From Basidiobolus meristosporus CBS 931.73 (lineage: Eukaryota; Fungi; Basidiobolomycota), in assembly GCA_002104905.1 (NCBI GenBank), contig MCFE01000098.1, positions 1 to 64,000 on the forward strand: DNA of 64,000 nt, read 5' to 3'. The notes beneath the pieces were generated by a model. That model did not search any database. It had not been told where the DNA came from and saw nothing but the letters and a program-made list of their open reading frames with translations. Position 1 is the stretch's first letter, and every line of letters starts with the position of its first letter. Of the stretch, positions 51,001 through 64,000 are shown piece by piece. Position numbers and translations under genes: made by a program.

Positions 51001-52769
51001 GCTTTTGAACGGTTGTCTGGCTTGTTTCCCATATATGCAGACTTCACAGTGCTCCAAATTAGCTGGGGGATCAATTTTCACACCAGAAATTAGCTGATCT
51101 TTGATCATTTTATGCAAATAATCAAAATTGATGTGTCCAAATCTCCTGTGCCAAAGCATTTGTGTTTCTTCATTTAAGTTACTTATATTGGCTTCCAAAT
51201 ATGATGGAATATAAGTCAACTTGTATAGACTCTGATCTCTGATGCCCAAAGCAATATGGGCACCATTTTGATCAGTGATCCTCCATCCAGAATTGTCAAA
51301 ACTGAAACTGAGTCCTTCTGTTGTGGCCTTGCTTACAGAGAGTAGGTTCTTGGCTATTTCTGGTACATAGAGTGCTTCTTTAAAGGTCAGTGTATGGCTT
51401 CCTTCACTGCTTCTAAGGCTTACTTGGATAGTCCTTCTCCCACTGCATCAAGTGTTCTATTGTCACCCATGAAAACCTTCTTAATTGGAATTTCTTGATA
51501 TTGGGTAAAAAGTCTTTTTGGTGTGTAAAGTGTTGAGAAGCTCCAGAGTCAATATACCATGTCTGAGAATCCTTGTTTGTGGTCATGTTTAGTGCAGATA
51601 TGAATAGTCTATCTTCAGTTGTTGCAGCATTTCCATATTCAGGCTTCTTTTGCTGATTATCTTTCTTTTTGAGACACCAGTCTGATATGTGTCCTTTCCT
51701 TTTGCAGTAGTTGCAAAATAGGTTGCTGTTGCCTTTGTAGGGTCTTGGGTACCTCCTTTGTTGGTTATCATTGCTTAATAAAGCATTTTCTTCTTCCTTC
51801 TTATTGGCGCTTGATTTTTGTAACTCTTCATCCAGGAGCCTTCCATATACGTAATTTAATATCAAATCTTCAGTTCTGGACTCTAGGGCTGATACAAGGC
51901 CTTGAAACTTGTCTGTCAGGCTACTCAGGATGGTAACTATCACATCCTCTTCAGTAGTTGGTACACCCACAGATTCCATCTCATCTACCAGCATGGTAAT
52001 TCTGTTAATTAGATTTTTCATTTCTTCTCCTGGCAGCATCTTTGTAGTAAAGAACTTTTGTCTCAGATACATCTTCTTGGCAGCTGAACATGACTGGTAG
52101 GTCTCTTCTAATGCTTTCCAGGCATTCTTTGCCGTTTTTGCTCTTGAGCATTGAATTAGCAATTTGTCCTTGACATTAAGGCAAATGCAGTTAAAGGCAC
52201 TTTGTTCTTTCTTCTGGTACTTTAAGGCTTCCTCTCCCATGCTTTTAGGAGGTCATTCTTCTCCCATGACAATATCCCAAAGGCCTCTTTCTTGTAGCAG
52301 CATCTTCATCTTCACCTTCCACACCTGGTAGTTAGATCCATCCAACTTTTCAGCAGAGGGTAAAAATCCAGTAATAGCAGTGGTAGACATTGCATGGAGT
52401 GACAGCTTGGGGCTCATAACCTGTTGTAGGAGTCTTGGAGATATTGGAAGTGATTGGGAGAACAAGTAGATTATGTGGTTTCACTTAATGATTTATTGAA
52501 TGTAAAAGTAGTATTTATACTTTTACCTGGTCTTGCATTACAAACACGTAGAATAGGTTAAGGAAGGTCCCAAGAGCATGTGTGCAAAGTTTGGGGCTGT
52601 TTGGACAACTTTGAGAATTTTCATGTTCTGGGTACCTGGTATTTTGGTGAAAATATTATAAGTAAATCCCAACAAGGAATTTGGTCAGTATTCTCTAGGA
52701 TTTGAAGGTAATGATCTAAGTGACTAAGTTAGGTGAATATTTAGGTGGAATTATGAATTTTTTACAACA
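48090..52769 (-). mobile_element. Full-length Ty1/copia copy C nested in copy B; 348-bp LTRs at 48090-48437 and 52422-52769
   Basis: LTRs TGTTGTA...TACAACA differ at 4 of 348 positions by eye. TSD ATAGT/ATAAT, PBS GGTTATGAGCCC, PPT GAGTGGGAG. Motifs CNYCKRKGH, WYIDSGAS, LWHRRFGH, IRSDNGGEY, QMDVKTAFLNG, LYVDDL and YSDADWG. One stop and two frameshifts break the frame. Confidence 0.95.
48449..50386 (-). pseudogene. Longest remaining copia pol frame (integrase C-terminus, RT, RNase H), 645 aa
   Basis: [64 protein letters not shown]. Confidence 0.9.
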
Positions 52770-54935
52770 ATAATATATACTATAGTTAGCATTACTCCTG
52801 TTGAAACTCAAAGATTTCAAATAAGAATCTATCTTGCAATTCCTGGCTCTTGGTGATTGTGTGAGACCACATAAAGACTTTTTAGGCTTGCAGACAAAAT
52901 GGGGGTTATCTTGGTCAACAAATCCTTCAGGCTGGTCCATATAAACATTAGCATCAAGCTCTCCATTCAAAAATGCAGTTTTTAAATCCATTTGATGAAT
53001 AAAAAACTTTTATTTGGCTCCAATAGCAAATATTAATCTGATGGATTTAAACTTGGCTACTAGTGCAAAGGTCTCAGTATAGACAAGTCCTTTTGATTGA
53101 GAGTATCCATTGGCCACAAATCTTACTTTGTATCTTTCAATTGTACCATCAGCCTTGTATTTTGTCTTGAAGACCCATCTTGATCATATTGATTTTTGGT
53201 TGATTGGTAATTGGACCAAGTCACAAGTCTGATTTTCCATCAGGGCCTGATATTCCTCAGTCATTGCAGATCTCCAAAACTTTGTCTGAAGGCTATTTAG
53301 GGCCTCTTTTACAGTCCAGGGCTCATTGATAAGGACTGAATAGGCATAGGCCAAGTTTGTACCCCCATTGATATAATAATTGGGCTACTTCAAGTCTGGT
53401 TGGATCTCTGGGCATTTGACACTGAAACAATCACTTCTGGGATATTCCTGGGCACTGATCCAGGCTGAGCCATGGTTGTAGAGTACTTGCAAGTGAAAAA
53501 ACTCTCACTGTTTTGCAATGATTCTCTTCTGACAATTGCTGGACTTGAGATCAGATTTTTGTCATCATCTGATGTCATTTTATGTGAAAACTTTGAATTT
53601 TCATCAAACAGCTCATCCCTGGCTAGATTAGCTTCTTTGCTTTGGTATTGTAGAGTCTGTATGCCTTACTCTCATTGCAATTGCTCAAAAATATGCATTT
53701 TACACTTTTTAGCTCAAATTTTGGCTGATTTCCAGGCAGTTTCTTGGCATATGCTGTACACACAAATATTCTTAGATGCTCTGTACTTGGTCTGCATCCA
53801 TTCCATGCTTCAAATGGAGTAAAATCACTAAGTATTCTGCTATAACTCCTATTCTTAAGGTATACAGCTGTGGCAACTGATTCTGCCCAAAAATCATAGG
53901 GCAATCTTTGATCATAGATCATGGATATTGCCATATCTATTATTGATCTGTTTGCACATTCTGCTACTCCATTTTGCTGTGGGGAGTATGGTACAGTAGT
54001 TTCTTGCTTTATACCTTGAATTTTGCAGAAGTGGATGAAAGGTCTTGAGGTATATTTCTACCATAGTCAGAGCATATCTTCTTGATTTTTCACCTGTTTT
54101 TCTCTCCATCACGGCTTTAAACTCCCTGAGCTTAGACAGAGCTTCTTCCTCTCTCTCCATGAAGTAGGCCCATGTGTATTTTGTATCATCATCAATAAAA
54201 ACAATTTAATAATTTATGCCACTTAAGGATGAATTTTGTATAGGTCAACACAAATCTGAGTAAATTTGATCTAGTTTTTTCTTAGTCTTGGTATCCATAC
54301 AGATCTGTCTACATTAGATCTAATTGTTTCTTATTTCAATCAACCCAGAGCTCTTGAATAGTTGTCTGGCTTGTTTCTCATATATGCAGGCTTTACAGTG
54401 CTGCAAACTAGCTGGGGATCAATTTTCACTCTGGAAATTAGCTGATCTTTGATCATTTTGCACAAATAATCAAAATTGGTGTGCTCAAATCTCCTTTGCC
54501 AAAGCATTGGTGTTTCTTCTTTTAAGTTACTTATATTGGCTTCCAGGTATGATGGAATATAAGCCAACTTGTATAGATTCTGGTCTCTGATACTCAAAGT
54601 AATATGGGCACAATTTTGATCAGTGATCTTGCAGAATTGCCAAGGCTCAAACTTAGTCCTTCTGCAGTGGCCTTGCTTACATATTGTAGGTGCTTGGCTA
54701 CTTCTGGTACATGGAATACTCCTTTAGAGGTCTGTGCATGGCTTTCTTCACTGCTTCTAAGGTTTACTTGGATAGTTCCTTCTCACACTGCATCATGTGT
54801 TCTATTATTACCCATGAAAACCTGATTGATTGGAATTTCTTGATATAGGGTAAAAAGCTCTTTTTGGTGTGTAAAGTGCTGAGATGCTCCAGAGTCAATG
54901 TACCACATCTGAGAATCCTTGTTTGTAATCATATT

Positions 54936-57900
54936 TGTGAGTACTCAATGTAGTACCCACTCTTTGCCCAAGAGTTCTCCCCAGAGTCCTACCTGAAGTC
55001 CCCCAGTATTGTCCCTGTGATTCCCCCATGCATCCTCCCTCCTATTCCTGCTCTTATCTAGTTGGGGCACTTACCATAACAGGAAGGTGCTCACACACCT
55101 ATTTATAACACATTATCTATTATCTAAGCCCTCCAAGTGATATATATATATTGGATTGAACCAAGTGAGAGAACAACAAGATTTGGACCAAATTAACACA
55201 AGTCTTTATTACCTTGCTACCTTTTATTGGAAGCTATTCCAAACCAAATGGTACTGACTTGACCTACAAGCTCTCTCACTCACTGAGTACAGTCAGTCAT
55301 AACACGCATACTTGGTGCTCTCTCTGCAGAAATAAGCATAAGTGGGGTAATGACTACTACAATCAAACTAAAAATGTACAAGGGAAAGTGAGAGTAAGCC
55401 CTTGAGTGGTTTGATACGCTTGAGAGAGTTGCGGTTGATGCAGGATGTAACAACAATAAGAAAGTAAGGGAGTTTGCAAGATACATGGAAGGATCAGCAT
55501 GGCAATGGCATTATGGGTTGGAAGACGCAGTTAAAAATGACTGGCATGCACTAGAAGAAGCCTACAAGACATGGTTTCTATTTGCCAAGGGATACCACTA
55601 CAAAGACCTTCTACTGTTCCCACAGAAGAAAAGCAGTGAGAGCTTTGAAGCCTACACTGAGCTGGCTCTCAAACAAGTTTGATGTCTCCCAAAGCACAAA
55701 ATTGCCAAACAACAGCTCATGATGTATTACATCCTGGGCTAGAATGACAAAGTAAGATGTAGGGCATCCCAAGAATAACAGGGATGTAAAATGTTGCAAG
55801 AGTTGGTCAAGCAACTACAAGGGGTCATCTTGCTATGGGGGCTACCCTATAGTGATATAAGTGATTGAAGGACAGGGATCCCCTGTAAGAAAGAAAAAAT
55901 TACCTCCCCAAAAGACTGTGAGTTAGAGGAATTACAGCAAAAGGTCCAAGAACTCTTGATCAACAATGTGCAAGAAGTTTCCAATGAAGGTGATAAACTC
56001 TGCAATACTGTTGTAGATCTAAAGGCCCAGGTGCAAGCCCTGACCCAACAGATGGAACAACTGGAACAACAGTATCTGTGTTATGTATGTGGAGAAGTAG
56101 GCCACCAGGCCCACAAATGTGAAAAACAATATGGACAAGAACACATACTGGACACAAAATAGAAGAAGGCATAAAAAGACAGAGTCCCTTGCCAGGAGGC
56201 CAACAGGACTCAGTCAATGAAAGCCCTCCAGTCAGAACAGTCAAAGTGCAGAAGAAGAAGCATTAACATGATGCTTCTAGAGAGGAGGCAAAGGAACCTG
56301 TAGTAGAGGTTCTGTCAAAAGGAAAGAATGCAGAATTAGGTGAAGAAGTACAGAATGAGCCTTGGGAAGAAGTGTTAAAGCAAACAAAAAATGCTAGTAC
56401 ATCTTCCCACAGCCTATTCCCCACAATGAAGGTACTAGAGCAAACCAAGGCAACCCTCCCAATAACCAATATACTGGGACTTGCCCCAGCTCAAATCAAG
56501 GAAACAACAGAGGGATTGAAGGAGATAACAACCCTTCATGTCAACCAGACAGACCTACAAAAACCAAATAAAGGTTCATATGTAAAGGTACATATAGAGA
56601 ATAAGTAGATTCTTGCCCTTATTGACACAGGATCCTCTACATTGATCATGTCAGAGTCATTAGTAAAACATCTAAAGTTAGATATAGTCCCCAACAACAC
56701 CATTTGAGTATGGCTGGCAAATGACCAACTGGACACAACAGTAGGAGTGGTGCCTAATTGCCCCATCCAGCTAGGCAACGTGATTGTACACCACTATGTT
56801 GCGGTCCTACCTGTTGCAGCAAATGACTTACTCATTAGCAAGAGTTAGTTTATCCAACATAAGATGGATATACTCTACAGTGCATCTGAACTCTGGTGGG
56901 ATACTGAGAGTATCCCACTGATTCATATCACCAATGAGAGCAAGGCATGTAGCAACAGTGAGACAAATGAAGAGGTGAAACTGTTGCAGTCTCCAATCAT
57001 TACACAAAAGGTGATAAAAACACCACCAGCCAGTGAGATGGTGATCTCATTAGAGACACCAATAGCTTATTTAACAAGTGGAAGAATGATAACCGCAACA
57101 AAAGTTTCTAAGCAACTGGAAGAAATCTTGATCCCTAAAGTATGGATACCACCAAAATTTGAAATGCAAAGTCTGAAGTGCTTAGTGGTTAACAATGGGC
57201 AACATGAGGTGATATTGCCTAGAGGAGTGCCATTGGTAAACCTAGAGGAAGTCAACGGAAACAACCAAGGACTGCCTATAAACAAGGAACCAGCAGAGGA
57301 ACTCCCCAAACTAGATGTAGACCCCAGTCTACTGCCTACACTACAAGACAAGTTCCTAAAAGGAATACACCTGATTGCCTGAGTATTCTCCAAGAATCAA
57401 GTAATTGGCCATATACCTGGGGTATATCAGCAAATCCACCTTGCCAACAAATACCCCATCAAGCAAAAAGCCTATAGGAACTCAAAAATTGACACAGGCT
57501 ACATCAAAGAGACAATTGAAACTCTATTAAAGGACAACATCAATACAGAGAGCCACTCTACATGGGCCTCCCCCATAGTGATAGTCCAAAAGAAAGACGG
57601 AAAGCAAAGTTTTTTGCATTGACTACCAAAAATTGAACACTGTCAACTGGAAGGATGGGTATTCACTACCGCAAATAGACAACCTCCTGGACAGATTAAT
57701 CAGAGCTAAATATTTTAGACCTTTGAATCACTCTCCGGGTATTGGCAAGTAGAAGTAGCCCTTGAAGATCAACCCAACACTGCTTTTATAACATTGTTTG
57801 GATTATACAAATGGAGCCAACTGCCCTTTGGCTTGTGCAATGCTCCTGCTACATTCCAAAGGATGATCAACAAGGTGCTAGGAAATTTATGATGGGAATG

Positions 57901-60900
57901 CGCTCTTGTGTATCTGGATGGCATCACAATATATTCCCCCAATGTAGAAGAACATATACATAATGTGCAATGTATCCTGACAGCCCTCCTCAAGAATCAA
58001 CTCAAACTACATCCCAAGAAGTGCCATTTCCTGTATACAAAATTGTTGTTCCTGGACCACAAGATCTTAGCAGATGGGATATACCCATCTACTTCACGCC
58101 TAAAAGCCGTTCATGAAATACCTGCACCAAAGGATATCAATGCAGTGTTGGGATTCCTAGGATTAGCTGGCTACTATTGCTGCTTTGTCAAGAACTTTGC
58201 AATGATAGCAGCCCCCCTGTACCAATTGACACAAAAAAGCTAGTGTTTTGTGTGGTTGGAGCCCCAAAAGAGAGCATTCAATCAGTTGAAACATTCCCTG
58301 ATGTCCCCACCAGCATTACACTTTCCCAATTGGGATGTGGGATTTCTTATTATCTGTGATGGAAGTCTCACCAGTATAGGTGCTCCACTGGGACAATACC
58401 ACTAATGCGGCAAATTCCACCCAATTGGTTACATGAGCCATTTGCTAAACAATCACAAACATCACTACCCTGTTACCAAGATAGAATGTCTGGCTGTTGT
58501 TTATTCTATTATACAATTCCATACATACCTACATGGTTGCCAATTCACAATAGTACCAAACCACAGTGCACTGGTCTGGCTGATGAAAACTATAGACTTT
58601 ACAAGTTGACTTGCATGCTGGGCCCTCTGACTACAAGAATACAACTTCAAAATAATTAATTGTGCTGGCAAGTAACACCAGGATGCAGACTTCCTCAGTT
58701 GCTATCCTGTTTGCCAAGTACACATCAGCAATGACTACAAGGATGTAATCTGCTTTAAAAGAAGGAGGAAGTACCCCAAGCATATTGTCACAAACAAGCA
58801 GAATAGAGTCTCTCAAAGGAAATGGTCTCAGTACAAAGTCCAAGAAAACCAATTAGGGTTCCTTCAAGGACAGTTCAGAGTCAAGGTACCCTTGGTAACT
58901 GCCTGCAAAGAAATCATACAAGAAAGACATATGTCATTAGGACACTCTAAGGTAGGGTAAGCATACCTCCCACAGAAAAGTTTATTCATATAGTCATTAT
59001 GATATACTTATCCATATTTTATCTTATCAGTATTATCCCATTCTTCTTTTGCCCATATTTTCAGTATTATCCCCATATGATGTTTACCCTGATTAGTTAT
59101 TAGCATTAGTTATCCCAGATGTTATTCAGCTTTGTGATCAGTAGATGTATCTACATAAGGCAAGTACCTGCGTCAGTACCCATGACACATGACCTAGGTC
59201 TGTGTTACCATCCCTACCATTTCAATACCATATGTGATATTTCTATGTTGCACAGGTTTCAGACTACTGATTCCTGAATGGTTGAATGTGCTGTGCCTTT
59301 TAGAACCTTCCAGGACATTCTTGGTATATTTTTAGCTCATAGTGATGTCATCAAGAGTTCCACTGATACCTAGAATCCTCTAGTACCTTGTCATTAGTAA
59401 TCACTTGGCAATCAGGAAAAGTATTTAAGGGAAAGCAATCCCTCATCAATAAATCATCCCTTCTATCAGTAACACTTCTACCTTATTGATTAGCAGTTGA
59501 TCACTGCACCTGCATTCAACAGTACATCTCAGACCTGCCATCAAGGAGCTTTTCAGGGTAGTGCACAAGACACACAGAGGCCTTCGGAGACACTGGAGCA
59601 CCTAGGAAGATAGAGAAGCAGGAGCTTTTACCATAGTGACATATTGACAAAGACGCCAGCAGTTTAGACACAGAGGTTATTGCACCCATCAGGCACCTCA
59701 CACACCTTGAGCTGTGTAGCTTCTCCCAGGAGTACCTCTACACCACCACAATGCTAACCCCCCAACAACATATAAGATGTTAAGAAAGATGTTTTGTTGC
59801 ATAAAAATGATGACCAATGTCACAAATATATTACCAAGATGCTCCACCTGCAAAAGACTTAACCTGAGTATGAAGATAGGGACAACCACACCAATAACAG
59901 TTGACCTACCCTTCCACCAGGTAGGGATTGACTTTGTTAGCACCTTTATGAAATTAAAGAAAGGAGAACAATACAAAATAATTGCTACCAATTATTTCTC
60001 AATGTGGGTAGAAGCCCAAGCCATTCAAAGTAATGATCAGAAGACAACCACCCAATTCATTCTAGAGCATTTCATCTGCCAGCACAGATATCCTCCAATA
60101 CTCCTGTTCAACAATGGTGGTTCCTTCCTGAACAACACCGTGGCCATTTTTGCAAAATGATGGGCATGGAACAGGTCTTCATGGCTGCATATCACCCCCA
60201 CACCAATGGATTAACCAAGAGGACAAACCAGATGTGTTGCCATGTACTAGAGAAGCTTCACAGGGAACTTCCCCAGTCATGGGCCAAGCTGCTCCCACTG
60301 ACACTCCTATCAATGGGTATGATACCAAGTAAAACAACAGTTTCTACCTGTACAAAGTTTTGTATGGACAAAGGCCCAAGTGGCATGAAGAAGCTGGATT
60401 AATGATGATGGTGTCCCCTTGACAACAGATAACAAGTATGTAGAAAGGTTGATACACAATATTGCCCACCTATACATAAAAGTATTTGAAAATGCCAACA
60501 AGCATCTTCCCCCTCCACCCAAAAGTGAGAAACTAACAGAACAAAAGTGGAAACTAGGCAATAAGGTGTGGTAAAACCAAACCATTGCAAGCCTCAAGTT
60601 TTGCCCACAATTTTCACCCCAATGGATTGCCCCTTGGACCGCTATCAGCTTGGACCACACACCCAAGTACACCATCACCCTGAACAATAACAATTAGCAA
60701 CATAGCACCAGCCCATCTGAAACTGTTTCATGATGGTCCACCAATTATCACTGAAACCAAAGTGTGATAAAACAATTATCAGGACAAGGATAGCGGAAGA
60801 CACAGGATACATACAAAGCTTATTAGTGGATATTTTAGTTGATGTGGGTTTAAATGATATGCGCAAGGAAGTTTGCCTAAAAGGGAGTACAAAAGAATGC

Positions 60901-62397
60901 ATATGGAAAGCACCAAAGGAAACAGTTCACCCTAAACTGGCAATACCCCTCCCACCAGCAGGAATCAAGATGATATTGAAAATGAGACCAACCTGCAAGT
61001 GTTGAGAGATATGGTACAAGCATTACAGGTGACAAGAGCCACCTATGAAGAGTTGTTTGCTGGGGCAGTCATCTTGATACAAGACACAATCAGAGAGGGA
61101 CAAGGCAAGTAACCTACACTGATACAAGGTATGGAGATACTACCCAAGAAGACCATGTACCACCTGAGAGGAGGTTCCTTGAGCATTAAGGAGAAGGACA
61201 CCACACTGATTCCTGTATCCATACTGGACACAGTCAGACAGAATATGAAAGGAATCAACTGTTGCACACTCACAAGGCCTTGAGAGCCCTCCTGCTTTAT
61301 TGCATACTTGCCATTAATAGGTACCATGGCTGTTGAGTTACATACAGACCTGGTACAGGCCACAAGAGCACCAGAAGTAGAACTCTCAATCCAAGGACTC
61401 CTCCAAGAAATTTGTAAGCATCTCAAACCGCATTTCCAAGTAGGAACCATCCCAGAGAAGATACTCAAACTGATTAAATACACTGGCCAGTTAACCCATG
61501 CAATTCACCAAGTGCTGTGTTACAACTATTGCAGTGGTTTACCATAGGAAAACTCAGGAACCAGAACAAAGTCCAACTCCAGGAGCCAAAGAAACTACCA
61601 CAGACTCAGTAGAAACCATGAGGCAAGTGCAAAAGCACCTTGATTGCACCACAGTCTTTACAGAAGAACAACAATACATCTTGGAAGAAGCAAAAACTTG
61701 TTATTGCAAGCTGCACCCAACTCTGCTGCCAAATGGTATCAGATACTTGCCCGCAACCACTTTGCAAGTAACAACCAACAATGGTACTATGGTGACTCCC
61801 CATGCTCTGTAAACAAAAACAACCCTGGAGAAGCAAGTTAGTCAAAGAACTTTGAGGACAAAGCTCCCTCTTAACCCATGGGATATGTAAGTACTAAATG
61901 TAGTACTCACTCTTTGCCCAAGAGCTCTCCCCAGAGTCCTACCTGAAGTCCCTAAGTATCCTCCCTATGATTCCCCCATATGTCCTCCCTCCTATTCAAG
62001 CCCTTAACTAGTTGGAGAGATGGACAAGATTGAGTTGGTCTATGGTATTGGTGGCAAGGATAAGATGGTTGGAGGAGAGGAAGATTTTGGGAGGGAGATT
62101 TTACAGACAAGCATGGGGTTGTGGAGATAAAGGAATTCTATGAGGAGGACGTAACTGATGAGGGCGTAAGGTTTGCATTCAAGATCTAAGAGTTCTATAT
62201 TGGAGAGCATGGTTTTGTTGGGGAAGATGTTGCCTAAGATTTTGTTCTGGTAGTTGAGTTGGAGAGCTTTGGGGTAGCAACTATGTAGTGGAAGAGAATA
62301 TTGTTGGAATATAAATCAAGGTAAGAGACAAGATCCACAGATTTGACTTGATCTACAAGCTCTCCCACTCACCAAGTACAGCCAGTAATAACCCACA
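54936..62397 (+). mobile_element. Decayed Ty3/gypsy LTR retrotransposon; LTRs about 54936-55304 and 61886-62397
   Basis: Gag knuckle CYVCGEVGHQAHKC, protease ALIDTGS (about 56595), RT YLDGITIYS and LGFLGLAGYY, integrase C..C, IDFV and AYHPHTNGL, in gypsy order. The LTR ends match each other. No TSD seen. Confidence 0.85.
58948..59767 (+). repeat. About 820-bp solo-LTR-like insertion splitting the gypsy integrase zinc-binding domain
   Basis: The integrase reading ...MSLGHS stops at about 58947 and resumes TYKMLRK...C..C at about 59768. The first 490 bp match window 1-490 inverted, and the insert ends in CA. Confidence 0.65.
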
Positions 62398-62439
62398 GTG
62401 TTTTCTAATAAAAATCAGTTGCTTATTGCACCCAACCCA

Positions 62440-64000
62440 TCTTAGCATTACTTAACAGATTACCCACACATTGGGGCTGCTTAGCTTCCTAATACCCTAG
62501 ACATAAGTGTCTCCATGTGCACATTTGTCCTCAGTATTTTCCAACTCTTCCTGGCTGTCCTCTATGTGTCAACTCATCAAATTCATGATGGACTTGAAGG
62601 TATTATTCTTGATGAGATTGAGATATGGTAGGACCTGGAACTTGACTTCTCCGCCTATATCCCCATATATCTGCTCCATAGGAAACTCCCCAAAGATGAA
62701 GCAAGGTCCAATATTCTCAACATACCAAGCAAGATGGAGTAGCAAATGGCTAAAGTAGTGGCAGAAAGCTACGCATTCAGCTCTATGTTTGTAGTAAAGC
62801 CACCCAAATCCAATCACAAACTCTTTGAACATAAGCTGTAGATGTGTCAAGTTGGCATTGGTGATCTGCTTCTATATAAATATTCTTGCAATGTCCACAT
62901 ATAACTCCCAATGCTTCCAATGTACTCTTGGTAGAAGTGGCCTCAGAAGACCACTTGAATAAACACATATCTAATTCATCTAGTCATTGCACCTGTACTG
63001 CTGCATATACATGTTAATGTGGATTGGAGCCTATGAGAAGTACTTAGGGTAGCAGATACTCTGTAAGTTTCTCCGGTACCTCATAGGGCTCATTTAGCTT
63101 GATATGCTCTATGGACAACTTGATCATCAGTATAGGGATATAGTTGAAAAGCAAATGCATTCCTGCCAGTGGAAAGCTTTTGCTCCAACAGATTCCCTCT
63201 ATCTTTAGTATCTCCAGTTTTCAATTAATTCCATATTCTGGCCAATGGCTTAGAGCTTGCCAACTTTGCTGCAATTGCATGCTTACTAATGTCGTTCTCT
63301 GTGTGGAAGGCTGATGTTCTTAGTGCTGGTGTTTGGGTAATAAAAATGTGTGTGAGTTATGGAGTAAATCCTCTGGATCTCACACACATAACAGCAATAC
63401 CATCCATTGTACCCAGAAAAGCTGGCTATCTTGCTGATGGTTGGTGTATATCCAATGCAGACTGTAATATATGCTTTTACCTGATAGCCATATACTATTA
63501 TCCTGCTCAAAAGCAAACAAAATTTATCCAGTAATGAGCACAGGTTGCTATTCAGGTTGGATGGAGATTTAGGCCCAGATACCAGTGAGACTACCATCAG
63601 ACTTCTGCTCTGATACCATAAGATAAGTGGCAGATTCAGGTTGATGAGAATCAGTGGCCAGCAGGATTTGCGGGTAAGCTACTTGTTTAATGAGAGTCCA
63701 TCAACAGCTAAGGTAAAGGCATGGTTGTACATACCTTCAAAGTAGCCCTTGTTTCTTAGCTGTTTGTAATGCTTGCCATCAAATAAATCTGATATGCTTG
63801 CACTTCATTGATACTGAGAGCACTACTTTATAGCTTCAAAATATTTGTTGGACTGCATGAGCTTCTTTATATGGAGTATTACTGGAATATATCTGGAGTG
63901 TGAACAATGTCTTCATACAATGGTGGCATTTTCTGATGGGAATGTCATGCAACTGTTAGCATATGTTTGAATCAGGACAGTCTCTGGGTCATAGGTTCCC
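62440..64000 (-). mobile_element. Decayed CACTA/EnSpm-like (Transposase_21/Tnp2) transposase relic running off the right edge
   Basis: The minus strand reads ISDLFDGKHYKQL...LAVDG...WPLILINLNLP...SGPKSP...VKAYITVCIGYTPTISKIASFSGYNGWYCCYVC, with stops and frameshifts. Confidence 0.85.

Larger units (their letters stand above)
46710..54935 (-). mobile_element. Ty1/copia copy B (host): 3' LTR 46710-47057, RT split by a nested copy, 5' part truncated at the gypsy LTR
   Basis: 348-bp LTR followed by PPT-side ctcccactcagc. The RT sequence breaks at 48089 and resumes at 52770. Copia sequence stops in the gag/protease junction at 54935. Confidence 0.85.

Noticed and set aside
56990-57260. dUTPase-like segment (VVNNGQHEVILPRG) between gypsy protease and RT
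   Set aside because: Only a short C-terminal resemblance with no dUTPase catalytic motifs; such spacers are common in gypsy pol.
1-64000. Mirror arrangement of Tnp2 relics and LTR copies at both ends, suggesting a giant composite element carrying the gene island
   Set aside because: The copies are diverged members of dispersed families, no shared termini or TSD are visible, and the cargo is mostly core housekeeping genes.

Overview
Eukaryotic, fungal-type DNA with short (about 55-80 nt) GT-AG introns. The protein sequences suggest an early-diverging fungus, which is an inference. A CpG-rich gene island (about 4.2-41.5 kb) lies between AT-rich, CpG-depleted, decayed transposon blocks. Island genes, left to right: bacterial-type RtcB2 RNA ligase with an extra N-terminal beta-grasp-like domain (-), a truncated Ugo1-like carrier fragment (+), an MgtA-type P3B Mg2+ ATPase (-), a Q-rich trihelix Myb/SANT protein (-), LSC1 (+), ALG9 (+), cytoplasmic dynein heavy chain (+), PHO85 (-), COG6 (-), a Utp5-like protein (+) and an RG-rich low-complexity protein (-). 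The left flank holds an LTR fragment, a ~740-bp foldback around a permuted transposase piece, and a CACTA/Tnp2 relic. The right flank holds nested Ty1/copia elements, a decayed Ty3/gypsy element and another Tnp2 relic. Strongest leads: (1) an intact PrfH-coupled-type RtcB2 ligase in a fungus, next to a bacterial-type MgtA; (2) a steep GC3 gradient peaking at the DYN1/PHO85 convergent junction; (3) methylation-type CpG decay confined to the TE blocks. Family assignments come from motif recognition, with no database search. Exon boundaries were read by eye.
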